Assembly: GCA_965237865.1 (NCBI GenBank)
Contig: OZ250164.1
Location: 309,217-373,216, forward strand
Source of the DNA: Dehalococcoidia bacterium
GTDB lineage: Bacteria > Chloroflexota > Dehalococcoidia > UBA2979
Direction: 5' to 3'
Length of the DNA: 64,000 nucleotides
This document shows, piece after piece, positions 57,177-64,000 of this stretch (position 1 is its first letter; each line of letters opens with the position of its first letter). A program made the position numbers and the translations under genes. The notes under the pieces were generated by a model. It was given only the letters and a program-made list of their open reading frames with translations. It did no database searches and was not told where the DNA came from.

Positions 57177-57988
57177 CGAGGCAGCTCGAAGCCGAAGAGC
57201 CGCGCGGCGTTCTCCGCCGTCACGCGCGCGACCGTCTCCGGCGTGTCGCCGCGCAGCTGCGCGATGAAGGCGATCGTCTCGAGGATGTAGGCCGGCTCGT
57301 TGCGCCCCCCGCGGTGCGACTGCGGCGTCAGTGCCGGCGCGTCGGTCTCGACCAGCAGCGACTCGAGCGGCGCCGTCCTCGCGACCTGCTGGCGCTGCGT
57401 GCCGCCAGGGTAGGTGACCGGGCCGGGGATGGAGAGCAGGAAGCCGAGCGCGCGATAGCGCTCACCGAGTTCGGTGTCGCCGGCGTAGCAGTGCATCATC
57501 CCGATCTCGCGGTCCGGCCCGAGGTAGCGCCCCGAGTGGCGCGCCCACTCCTCGATCACCGCGTACGACTCCTCGTCGGAGTCGCGGCTGTGGATCACCA
57601 CCGGCAGCGAGGCCTCGCGCGCCAGGTCGAGCTGGTAGCGGAACGCCTCGTACTGCACGTCGTGCGGAGAGAGATTGCGATAGAAGTCGAGGCCCATCTC
57701 GCCGAGCCCGACGAAGCGCCCGCTGTGCGCCTGCTCGTGCAGCTGCTCGCGCTGCTCCGGCAGATCCTTCGCGCGGTGCGGGTGCAGGCCGGCGACCGCG
57801 TGGACGCGCTCGTCGGCCGCCGCGAGAGCGTACGCCTCCTCGCTGCTCGGCGCGCTGCCGCCGACCTCGACGACCGCCGTCAGGCCGGAGCCCCAGGCGC
57901 GCTCCATCACCTCGTCGTGGTCCTCGTCGAAGGCGCCGGACCAGGTGTGCGCGTGCGCATCGATAATCGGGGCGTCGAGGGGGCTCAT
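57173..57988 (-). CDS. tatD: TatD-family metal-dependent hydrolase/DNase
   Basis: C-terminal 271 aa of the 857-aa track ORF; MSPLDAPIIDAHAHTWSGAF..., GEMGLDFY, VVIHSRDS, HCYAG, LLVETDAP (TatD motifs). Confidence 0.8.
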   Translation of the reverse strand: MSPLDAPIIDAHAHTWSGAFDEDHDEVMERAWGSGLTAVVEVGGSAPSSEEAYALAAADERVHAVAGLHPHRAKDLPEQREQLHEQAHSGRFVGLGEMGLDFYRNLSPHDVQYEAFRYQLDLAREASLPVVIHSRDSDEESYAVIEEWARHSGRYLGPDREIGMMHCYAGDTELGERYRALGFLLSIPGPVTYPGGTQRQQVARTAPLESLLVETDAPALTPQSHRGGRNEPAYILETIAFIAQLRGDTPETVARVTAENAARLFGFELPR

Positions 57989-58014
57989 CGCTTGCTTGAC
58001 CTCCGTCGCCCGGC

Positions 58015-59682
58015 TTACTGGCCGAGCCGCGCCTCTTCTTCCTCGACCAGCGACGGGTCGAGCTTGCGGAACAGCGGTGCCGGCTCGGGCAGGGCCGTGC
58101 CGGGCGCGACCGGGGTGCGCGCCCAGCCCGCCGCCTCGATCTCGCCCTCGCAGCCGGCGAGCGCCCACGCGCGCGGTGAGGTGAAGGGGAGGAACGGCTG
58201 CAGCAGCGTGGCCAGCCCCGCGATCACCTGGATCGCCGTCGAGAGCGTCTCCGCCGCCGACTCGCGGTCCTCGCGCACGGCCGTCCAGGGCGCGCGCTCG
58301 TCGAGGTAGCGGTTCGCATCCTGCGCGACGCTCATCGCGGCCCCCAGTGCCGCGCGCAGGCGCAGGCCGTTGATGTGCGCGCCGACCTCCTCGAAGGCCG
58401 CATCGACGCGCGCGAGCAGCGCGGCCGACTCCGGAGCGGGAGCGCCCTCGGTCTCCGGCACGCGCGCGTCGAAGTGCCGCCGCGTGAGGGTGAGCACGCG
58501 GTGCACGAGGTTGCCCCAGCGCGCGACGAGCTCGTCGTTGTTGCGGCGCACGTACTCCGCCCACGTGAAGTCGGTGTCGGAGCTCTCGGGCATCATCGCG
58601 GTCAGCCCGTAGCGCAGCGGGTCGGGGTCGTGGCGGTCGAGGTAGTCGGGCATCCAGATCGCCCAGTTGCGCGAGGACGACGCCTTCGAGCCGGAGATCG
58701 TGACGTACTGGTTGGCGGGCACGTCGTAGGGGAGGTTGAGGCCGCCGTAGCCGAGCAGCATGGCCGGCCAGATGGTGGTGTGGAACGGCACGTTGTCCTT
58801 GCCCTGGAAGTAGACGGTGCGCGCCGACGGGTCCTTCCAGAACGCCTCCCAGGCGTCCGGCTGCCCCGAGCGCTGCGCCCACTCCTTCGTCGCCGAGAGG
58901 TAGCCGATCACCGCCTCGAACCAGACGTAGATGCGCTTGTCGTCCCAGCCATCGAGGGGTACGGGCACGCCCCACTGGATGTCGCGCGTGATCGCGCGGT
59001 CGTGCAGGCCCTCGCGCAGCAGGCCGAGCGTGAAGTTGCGCACGGCGGGCCGCCAGTGCGTCCGCGGCTCGACCCACTCGAGCAGCTGATCGTTGAAGGC
59101 GCTGAGCCGCAGGAAGCAGTGGTTCGTGCGGCGAGGCTCCGGCGTCGCCTCGGAGAGGCGCGAGCGCGGCCCGATCAGCTCGAGGGCGTCCATCGTGCGG
59201 CCGCACTGGTCGCACTGGTCGCCGCGCGCGTCCTCGTAGTCGCAGTACGGGCAGGTGCCCTCGACATAACGGTCCGGCAGGAAGCGTTCGGCCTGCGGGT
59301 CGAACAGCATCGTCATCTCGGCCTCGTAGATGTAGCCCCGCTCGTGGAGGCGCAGGAACATGTCCTGCGTGACCTCGGCGTGGTTCGCGGTGCCGGTCGA
59401 GGTGAACAGGTCGAAGGCGATGCCGAAGCGCTCGAAGGTATCGAGGAAGGAGGCGTGGGCGCGCTCGATCACGGCCTCGGGTGTAACGCCCTGCTCCTCG
59501 GCGCGGATCGTGACGGGCGTGCCGTGCACGTCGGAGCCGGAGACCATCAGCGTGCGGTTGCCGCGCATGCGGTGGTAACGGCAGAAGATGTCGGCGGGCA
59601 GGTAGGCGCCCGCGATCTGGCCCGCGTGCAGCGCGCTGTTCGCATAAGGCCAGGCGACCGCGGCGAGGACGGTTTCGGCCAT
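58015..59682 (-). CDS. metG: methionine--tRNA ligase (compact form, no C-terminal tRNA-binding domain)
   Basis: 555-aa C-terminal part of the 684-aa track ORF; PYANSALHAGQ (HIGH-type), the zinc knuckle CPYCDYEDARGDQCDQCG, and KASSS (KMSKS-type). Confidence 0.85.
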   Translation of the reverse strand: MAETVLAAVAWPYANSALHAGQIAGAYLPADIFCRYHRMRGNRTLMVSGSDVHGTPVTIRAEEQGVTPEAVIERAHASFLDTFERFGIAFDLFTSTGTANHAEVTQDMFLRLHERGYIYEAEMTMLFDPQAERFLPDRYVEGTCPYCDYEDARGDQCDQCGRTMDALELIGPRSRLSEATPEPRRTNHCFLRLSAFNDQLLEWVEPRTHWRPAVRNFTLGLLREGLHDRAITRDIQWGVPVPLDGWDDKRIYVWFEAVIGYLSATKEWAQRSGQPDAWEAFWKDPSARTVYFQGKDNVPFHTTIWPAMLLGYGGLNLPYDVPANQYVTISGSKASSSRNWAIWMPDYLDRHDPDPLRYGLTAMMPESSDTDFTWAEYVRRNNDELVARWGNLVHRVLTLTRRHFDARVPETEGAPAPESAALLARVDAAFEEVGAHINGLRLRAALGAAMSVAQDANRYLDERAPWTAVREDRESAAETLSTAIQVIAGLATLLQPFLPFTSPRAWALAGCEGEIEAAGWARTPVAPGTALPEPAPLFRKLDPSLVEEEEARLGQ

Positions 59683-59757
59683 CGCTGGAATCGTAGCACC
59701 TGCACCCCGCAGGGCCACCTGCCGCGGCTCGGCCGGCATCAGGCACGCTGACTGCCC

Positions 59758-60135
59758 GTGAAGCTCACGATCGTCGTCCCCGCCTTCAACGAAGAGGCCT
59801 ACCTCGCCGCGACCCTCGATTCCATCAAGGCCGCCGCCGCGCACCTGCGCGCCCACTCCGACGCCGGGATCGAGACGATCGTCGTCGCCAACAACAGCGA
59901 GGACGGGACCGCCGCCATCGCTCGCGAGCAGGGCGCGAGGGTGGTCGACGAGCCGGTGCAGGGCATCGCGCGGGCCCGCACCGCCGGCGCCCGCAACGCC
60001 GAGGGTGAGGTGCTGGTCTTCGTCGACGCGGACGTGATCGTGCCGGACACGCTCCTCACGGCGATCCATGCTTCATCGCGCTGTTCCGTCGGCAAGGCGG
60101 TCTGGCAGGGCTGGTACAGGCACGAGGTGCGGTAG
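59758..60135 (+). CDS. glycosyltransferase family 2, N-terminal fragment (125 aa, probably truncated)
   Basis: MKLTIVVPAFNEEAYLAATLDSIKAAA...LVFVDADVIVP (DxD) is the GT2 N-terminal half; the reading frame stops after ~125 aa without the acceptor-binding half. Confidence 0.55.
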   Translation: MKLTIVVPAFNEEAYLAATLDSIKAAAAHLRAHSDAGIETIVVANNSEDGTAAIAREQGARVVDEPVQGIARARTAGARNAEGEVLVFVDADVIVPDTLLTAIHASSRCSVGKAVWQGWYRHEVR

Positions 60136-60289
60136 CCCTCGCGCGGCCCGGTAAGGCCCGAATCGCAGCTCCCGAGGGCCGCGACGTTGACCCTCGATCC
60201 GGCGGGCTCTACCATTCACAAAAGCAGGGTGACCGTGGCGGGACCCATGCGACAACCTGGCAACGGACGGCCTCGGGCGCATCCCGGGC

Positions 60290-60322
60290 AAGACCCCTCC
60301 CCAGTGGCGGGGTCTTTGTGTA
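60290..60322 (+). terminator. candidate intrinsic terminator (GC stem plus T-rich tail)
   Basis: AGACCCCtccccagtggcGGGGTCTTTGTGT stem-loop followed by a U-rich tract, downstream of the GT2 fragment. Confidence 0.35.
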
Positions 60323-60410
60323 TGCGCCCCACGCGCCTCATGCGCCCTCCCCGGTCGCTGTGCTCGCCGCTCGGCGTCACCTGAGCCACCGACGGGGGAG
60401 GGATACGAGG

Positions 60411-61562
60411 ATGACGGCAGCGCAGCGCAAGAGCCTCGAGCGCGCCTGGGGGTTCGACGACGTGGCGATCGTCCCCGGCGCCGTCACCACGAACCCCGAC
60501 CTCGTCGAGCCCGTCCTCACCCTCGGCGAGCACTCCTTCCCCGTCCCGATCCTCGCCTCGGCCATGGACGCGGTCGTCGACCCCTCCTTCGCCTCCGCGC
60601 TCACCAAGGCCGGCGGCCTCGCCGTGCTCAACCTCGAGGGCCTGCAAACCCGCTACGAGGACACCGAGGGCATCTTCGAGGAGATCGCCGCCGCCAACCT
60701 CGAGCACTCGACCGAGATCATCCAGCACGTCTACTCCCAGCCGATCCGCGACGAGCTCGTCGGACGCCGCATCGAGGAGATCATCGAGCGTGGCGGCATC
60801 GCCGCCGTCAGCGCCACGCCGCAGAACACGAAGCGCCTGGCGCCGATCGCGAAGGACGCGGGCGCGAGCTTCTTCGCCGTGCAGTCCACCGTCACCACCG
60901 CCCGCCACGTCTCGCGCTCCCTGCGCGGTCTGCGCCTCGACGAGCTGGTCGAGCAGATCGCCCCCGTCCCCGTGCTCGTCGGCAACACGGTTGACACCGG
61001 GGCGGCGATGGAGCTGATGGAGACGGGCGTGCACGCGCTGCTCGTCGGCGTGGGGCCGGGCGCGGCGTGCACCTCGCGCGAGGTGCTGGGCATCGGCATC
61101 CCGCAGGTCAGCGCCACGCTCGACACCGCCTACGCGCGCGACCTCTACCACGAGCAGACGGGCCGCTACGTGCCGATCATCACGGACGGCGGCATCCGCA
61201 CCGGCGGCGACCTCTCGAAGTCGATCTGCGCGGGCGCCGACGCGGTGATGATCGGCTCCCCGTTCTCGGCGACGAAGGAAGCCCCGGGGCGCGGCTACCA
61301 CTGGGGCATGGCGACCCCGCACGCGGAGCTGCCTCGAGGCGTGCGCGTGCACGTCGGCCAGCCGCGCACCCTCGACACGCTGCTCTTCGGCCCGACCTCG
61401 CGCACGGACGGCACCGAGAACCTGGTCGGCGCCCTGCGCACCTCGATGGCCACCTGCGGCGCCCTCACCATCCCGGAGTTCCACGCCGCGCGCATGGTGA
61501 TTGCTCCGTCGATCAAGACGGAGGGGAAGATCTACCAGCTGGCGCAGCAGACGCCAGGGTAG
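60411..61562 (+). CDS. IMP dehydrogenase-family protein lacking CBS domains (GuaB3-like)
   Basis: MTAAQRKSLERAWGFDDVAIVPGAVTTNPDLV...ASAMDAVV...GVGPGAACTSREVLGIGIPQVSA...ITDGGIRTGGDLSKSICAGADAVMIGS is an IMPDH/GMPR TIM barrel without a CBS insert. GGGAGGG upstream; ATG is the 32nd codon of the track ORF. Confidence 0.75.
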   Translation: MTAAQRKSLERAWGFDDVAIVPGAVTTNPDLVEPVLTLGEHSFPVPILASAMDAVVDPSFASALTKAGGLAVLNLEGLQTRYEDTEGIFEEIAAANLEHSTEIIQHVYSQPIRDELVGRRIEEIIERGGIAAVSATPQNTKRLAPIAKDAGASFFAVQSTVTTARHVSRSLRGLRLDELVEQIAPVPVLVGNTVDTGAAMELMETGVHALLVGVGPGAACTSREVLGIGIPQVSATLDTAYARDLYHEQTGRYVPIITDGGIRTGGDLSKSICAGADAVMIGSPFSATKEAPGRGYHWGMATPHAELPRGVRVHVGQPRTLDTLLFGPTSRTDGTENLVGALRTSMATCGALTIPEFHAARMVIAPSIKTEGKIYQLAQQTPG

Positions 61563-61573
61563 GGGCGGGGGCA

Positions 61574-61603
61574 TTGACAGAACACATGTTTCTGCTTCAT
61601 GAT
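61574..61603 (+). promoter_or_regulatory. candidate sigma70-like promoter (TTGACA -35 plus weak -10) in front of the methyltransferase operon
   Basis: TTGACA at 61574-61579, then a 17-18 nt spacer, then TCATGA/CATGAT. AT-richer than the surrounding sequence. The -10 is weak. Confidence 0.25.
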
Positions 61604-62531
61604 GGCAGCCCATGAAGGTCTGGGGAGCATGACGCAGGCGAGTCTCGTTCCGTCTCCCCAGACGGAGCCCGACAAGATCCCAACTTCGCCTATCCCGGCC
61701 GTGAACGTCGCCTCCGTACCCCAGCGCAGCCCGCTCCGCTATCCCGGTGGTAAGACGTGGCTGATCCCGCATATCCGTGCTTGGCTCGAGGCATTGGAGT
61801 CCGAACAGCGACTGCTGATCGAGCCTTTCTGCGGCGGCGGCATCGTGTCGCTCACCGCAGTCATGGAAGGGTACGTCGAGCGGGCACTGATGGCCGAGAT
61901 CGATCGCGACGTAGCCGCGTTCTGGCACGCGGCGCTCCGTCACGGCGACGAACTGCGGAAGCGGTGGCTCGGCTTCGAACCAACGCGGGAGACGGTCGAG
62001 CAGTTGGCGCGTCAGCACCCGGAGAATGTCGTCGACCGTGGGTTCCGCACGCTCGTTCTGAATCGGACGCGCCGCGGCGGCATCCTGGCGCCCGGGGCGT
62101 CATTCACCCGGAACGGTGAGAACGGCAAGGGAATCAGATCCCGCTGGTACCCAGAGACGATCGCGAACCGGCTGCGTGAGATCTCCGGCTGCGTCGACCG
62201 GCTCGTGTTCTGCGAGACGGACGGGATGCAACTCCTCGCGGCGACCGTACGAACTCCAGGGTCGGTCGTGTTTGCCGATCCGCCTTACACAGCCGGAGGT
62301 AAACGGGCTGGCGCACGCCTCTACGCTTCGCACGAGTTCGATCACGCGGACCTGTTCGCGCTGTTGGATGACTCTGGGGCAGAGTTCCTGATGACCTACG
62401 ACCGCGCGCCAGAGATTGTTTCGCTCGTGGAGAAGCATGGGTTCTGTGCTGTCGGCGTCTCGATGAAGAACACGCACCACGCGCAAGTACAGGAGTTGGT
62501 GATCACGCGGCGTCCGGTGTTCTCGGGATGA
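61599..62531 (+). CDS. DNA adenine (N6) methyltransferase, Dam/D12 class
   Basis: RYPGGKTWLIPHI, EPFCGGG (motif I, FxGxG), FADPPYTAGG (motif IV, DPPY). Alternative start ATG 61629 (MTQASL...) with GGGGAG upstream. Noticeably lower G+C than flanking core genes. Confidence 0.8.
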   Translation: MMAAHEGLGSMTQASLVPSPQTEPDKIPTSPIPAVNVASVPQRSPLRYPGGKTWLIPHIRAWLEALESEQRLLIEPFCGGGIVSLTAVMEGYVERALMAEIDRDVAAFWHAALRHGDELRKRWLGFEPTRETVEQLARQHPENVVDRGFRTLVLNRTRRGGILAPGASFTRNGENGKGIRSRWYPETIANRLREISGCVDRLVFCETDGMQLLAATVRTPGSVVFADPPYTAGGKRAGARLYASHEFDHADLFALLDDSGAEFLMTYDRAPEIVSLVEKHGFCAVGVSMKNTHHAQVQELVITRRPVFSG

Positions 62532-63430
62532 AGGCTCCCCGCTACGGCATCGCGGAGTGGTACGGCCAGCGGTTCGCCACGCTCACGCCAGCGGCGCGCA
62601 CACGGCTCGCTGACCGCGCGCTTGGTGGCGGTGAGCCCCCACCCTGCCCGTTCCAGGACGGCGAGCCCCCGTGTTCCAAGAAGTACGGTGTCTGCTCCAT
62701 CGACCGGTACGCGGAGGGTGACGATAGTCGGCTCGGCGAGCCGGACGGGGAGCCGGTCATTACCTGCCCGCGAAGATTCGAAGAGGGCCGCCTACTTGTA
62801 CTCTGGCTCGCCGAGATCGTTGGTTTCCCTCCGGGTCAGGTACAGATCGCCCGTGAAGTTGCGTTCATGCGGAACCCGAACACGGGCCGCGCAGCCGGGA
62901 TGATCGACTTGGTAGTGGCAACGGACCCGAACGGCAGGATCGAGTGGTACGGGATGGAGATGCAGGCCGTCTACTTCTCGGGTAGCGGGATGCCGGCGGA
63001 AATCGAAGCTCAGCGGAGCGAGCCCGGCGACGAGCGCTCCGCGCCCTTCCCCAACGCTGTCCGCCGTCCGGACTGGCGCTCGTCGAGCGCAAAGCGTCTG
63101 ATGCCACAGTTGGACGTCAAGGTTCCGCTGCTCCGGCAGTGGGGGCGTAAGACCGCCGTCGCGGTGGACCGGCCATTCTTCGACTCGATCGGGGGTCCGA
63201 GCGTCGCGCCCAGTGACGACCTTGATGCCGGCGACGTGATCTGGATGGTACCCGACCTCGTCGCCGACAGCAGCGGCCGGTACCACTTGGAGCGCGGGCA
63301 CTGGGAAGTGCTGACACTCGAAGACTCGCGGCGCAAGCTACTCTCGGCCGAACCTATCTCTCGCGCCGCGTTCGAAGATGTGCTTCGGAGCAAGCTCGAG
63401 CCGCTTAGGCGCGCACAGGATGGTCCATGA
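62528..63430 (+). CDS. putative restriction endonuclease-like protein (Cys-rich N-terminal metal-binding module plus PD-(D/E)xK-like core)
   Basis: ATG overlaps the methyltransferase stop (ATGA). The N-terminus carries a five-Cys cluster (CPFQDG...CSKKYGVCSIDRY...ITCPRRF). A central MIDLVVATDPNGRIEWYGMEMQAVYFSG segment looks like a beta-strand D...E.E/Q nuclease core. The functional call is inference from context. Confidence 0.4.
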   Translation: MKAPRYGIAEWYGQRFATLTPAARTRLADRALGGGEPPPCPFQDGEPPCSKKYGVCSIDRYAEGDDSRLGEPDGEPVITCPRRFEEGRLLVLWLAEIVGFPPGQVQIAREVAFMRNPNTGRAAGMIDLVVATDPNGRIEWYGMEMQAVYFSGSGMPAEIEAQRSEPGDERSAPFPNAVRRPDWRSSSAKRLMPQLDVKVPLLRQWGRKTAVAVDRPFFDSIGGPSVAPSDDLDAGDVIWMVPDLVADSSGRYHLERGHWEVLTLEDSRRKLLSAEPISRAAFEDVLRSKLEPLRRAQDGP

Positions 63431-64000
63431 ATGGTGAACGATCTCTCGCCTGGTTCGTACTTCAAGTTTTACGCTGGCTATCGGGGCAACTGCCCACGGT
63501 GCGGCACGAAGGCTGTGACCTTTAAGCGGCTGTTTCCAGAAACAATAAACGAGCTGTTCCTCGTGCGTGTGATGGTGCTTCGTTGCGAGCACTGTCAGAG
63601 GGCGTTCACAGCCGAAACTGAGGTCCTAAGTACGGACACAGGGAATACGCGAATGTTCCGCTTCTACCCTCCAGCGGGGGTTGAGGTTACTCCCAGCCCC
63701 TTTCTTCCCGAAGGCTCAGGAATCGTCGAGTCACTTCAGGAGGCGAGACTCTGCGGTGCCGTTGGAGCAGGTGGTGGGCGGCTGCATGTTGGCTCGTCGT
63801 GCGATCCAGCTCGTTGTGCGCGATAGGGGCGCGAGCGGCAAGAACCTCGCCGACGAAATCGATTCGCTTGAGATTTCCGAAGACCTTAAGACCGTCGCCC
63901 ACTCGATCAGGCTCATCGGCAACGAAGCAGCACACCCTGACCTTGATGACTGGAGCAACGTCACCAGCCAAGATCTCCTGATGCTGTTGGGGCTGATATC
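63431..64000 (+). CDS. zinc-ribbon plus DUF4145-domain protein (frameshifted in a G-run; 3' end beyond window)
   Basis: The N-part CPRCGTKAVTF...CEHCQRAFT is two CxxC ribbons. After a frame change near 63771-63780 the sequence reads ...GCMLARRAIQLVVRDRGASGKNLADEIDSLEISEDLKTVAHSIRLIGNEAAHPDLDDWSNVTSQDLLMLLGLI, which matches the DUF4145 consensus (...IR.IGN.AAHP...). ATG lies immediately after the upstream gene stop. Confidence 0.6.

Noticed and set aside
63799-63981. 60-aa ORF MRSSSLCAIGARAART... at the 3' end
   Set aside because: It is an out-of-frame reading of the same DNA that, in the correct frame, encodes the well-conserved DUF4145 segment (...IRLIGNEAAHPDLDDW...).

Overview
This is a 64 kb, high-G+C (roughly 70%) bacterial chromosomal segment. 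Gene density is high and intergenic regions are short. The presence of several F420/LLM-type oxidoreductases and a GuaB3-like IMPDH paralogue suggests a high-GC Gram-positive or Chloroflexi-like lineage, but this is inference only.

The ORF track is noisy. Very long Arg/Pro-rich ORFs are artefacts of the G+C content, so I re-derived gene boundaries by recognising conserved protein motifs in the six-frame translation. Hand-derived coordinates (starts not taken directly from the ORF track) may be off by a nucleotide or two.

Gene content, in order:
- The 5' part of uvrA, on the minus strand.
- An F420/flavin cluster: three LLM-class oxidoreductases, an MBL-fold hydrolase, a double-hotdog dehydratase and two hotdog thioesterases.
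- A cupin protein, a nitroreductase-like protein and an acyl-CoA synthetase.
- A phosphoribosyltransferase-like domain fused to the N-terminus of GTP cyclohydrolase I (FolE), frameshifted in a C-run.
- An acyl-CoA dehydrogenase with its partner phosphotransferase.
- selA and mutS2.
- A secreted beta-propeller repeat protein, followed by an IS110-family insertion sequence and a cadherin-like domain fragment.
- A serine-pathway pair (class V aminotransferase, serA), a DUF1015 protein, a HIT hydrolase and rph.
- comEA and comEC (comEC is frameshifted in a G/C-run).
- An amidase and an ornithine carbamoyltransferase-like gene.
- cdaA-cdaR, der, plsY, gpsA, then a HEAT / NUDIX / GNAT trio.
- A reduced nuo operon with gene order A-C-D-H-J-K-(62-aa ORF)-L-M-N and no B, E, F, G or I.
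- An approximately 850-bp G/C-rich hairpin repeat array.
- ybeY, dnaX, recR, recO, an FmdB-like zinc ribbon, a polyprenyl synthase, tatD and metG.
- A truncated GT2 fragment and a GuaB3-like IMPDH paralogue.
- At the 3' end, a three-gene operon in visibly lower-G+C DNA: a Dam-like m6A methyltransferase, a Cys-rich nuclease-like protein and a zinc-ribbon DUF4145 protein.

Most worth a second look:
- The 3' methyltransferase / nuclease / DUF4145 island.
- The hairpin repeat array downstream of nuoN.
- The PRTase-FolE fusion, which carries a CEEH motif where FolE normally has CEHH.
- The IS110 element with its 318-bp non-coding flank, a candidate bridge-RNA region.
- Three independent frameshifts, all in G/C homopolymer runs.
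- Three genes whose conserved N-termini begin at CTG or ATC codons preceded by Shine-Dalgarno motifs.
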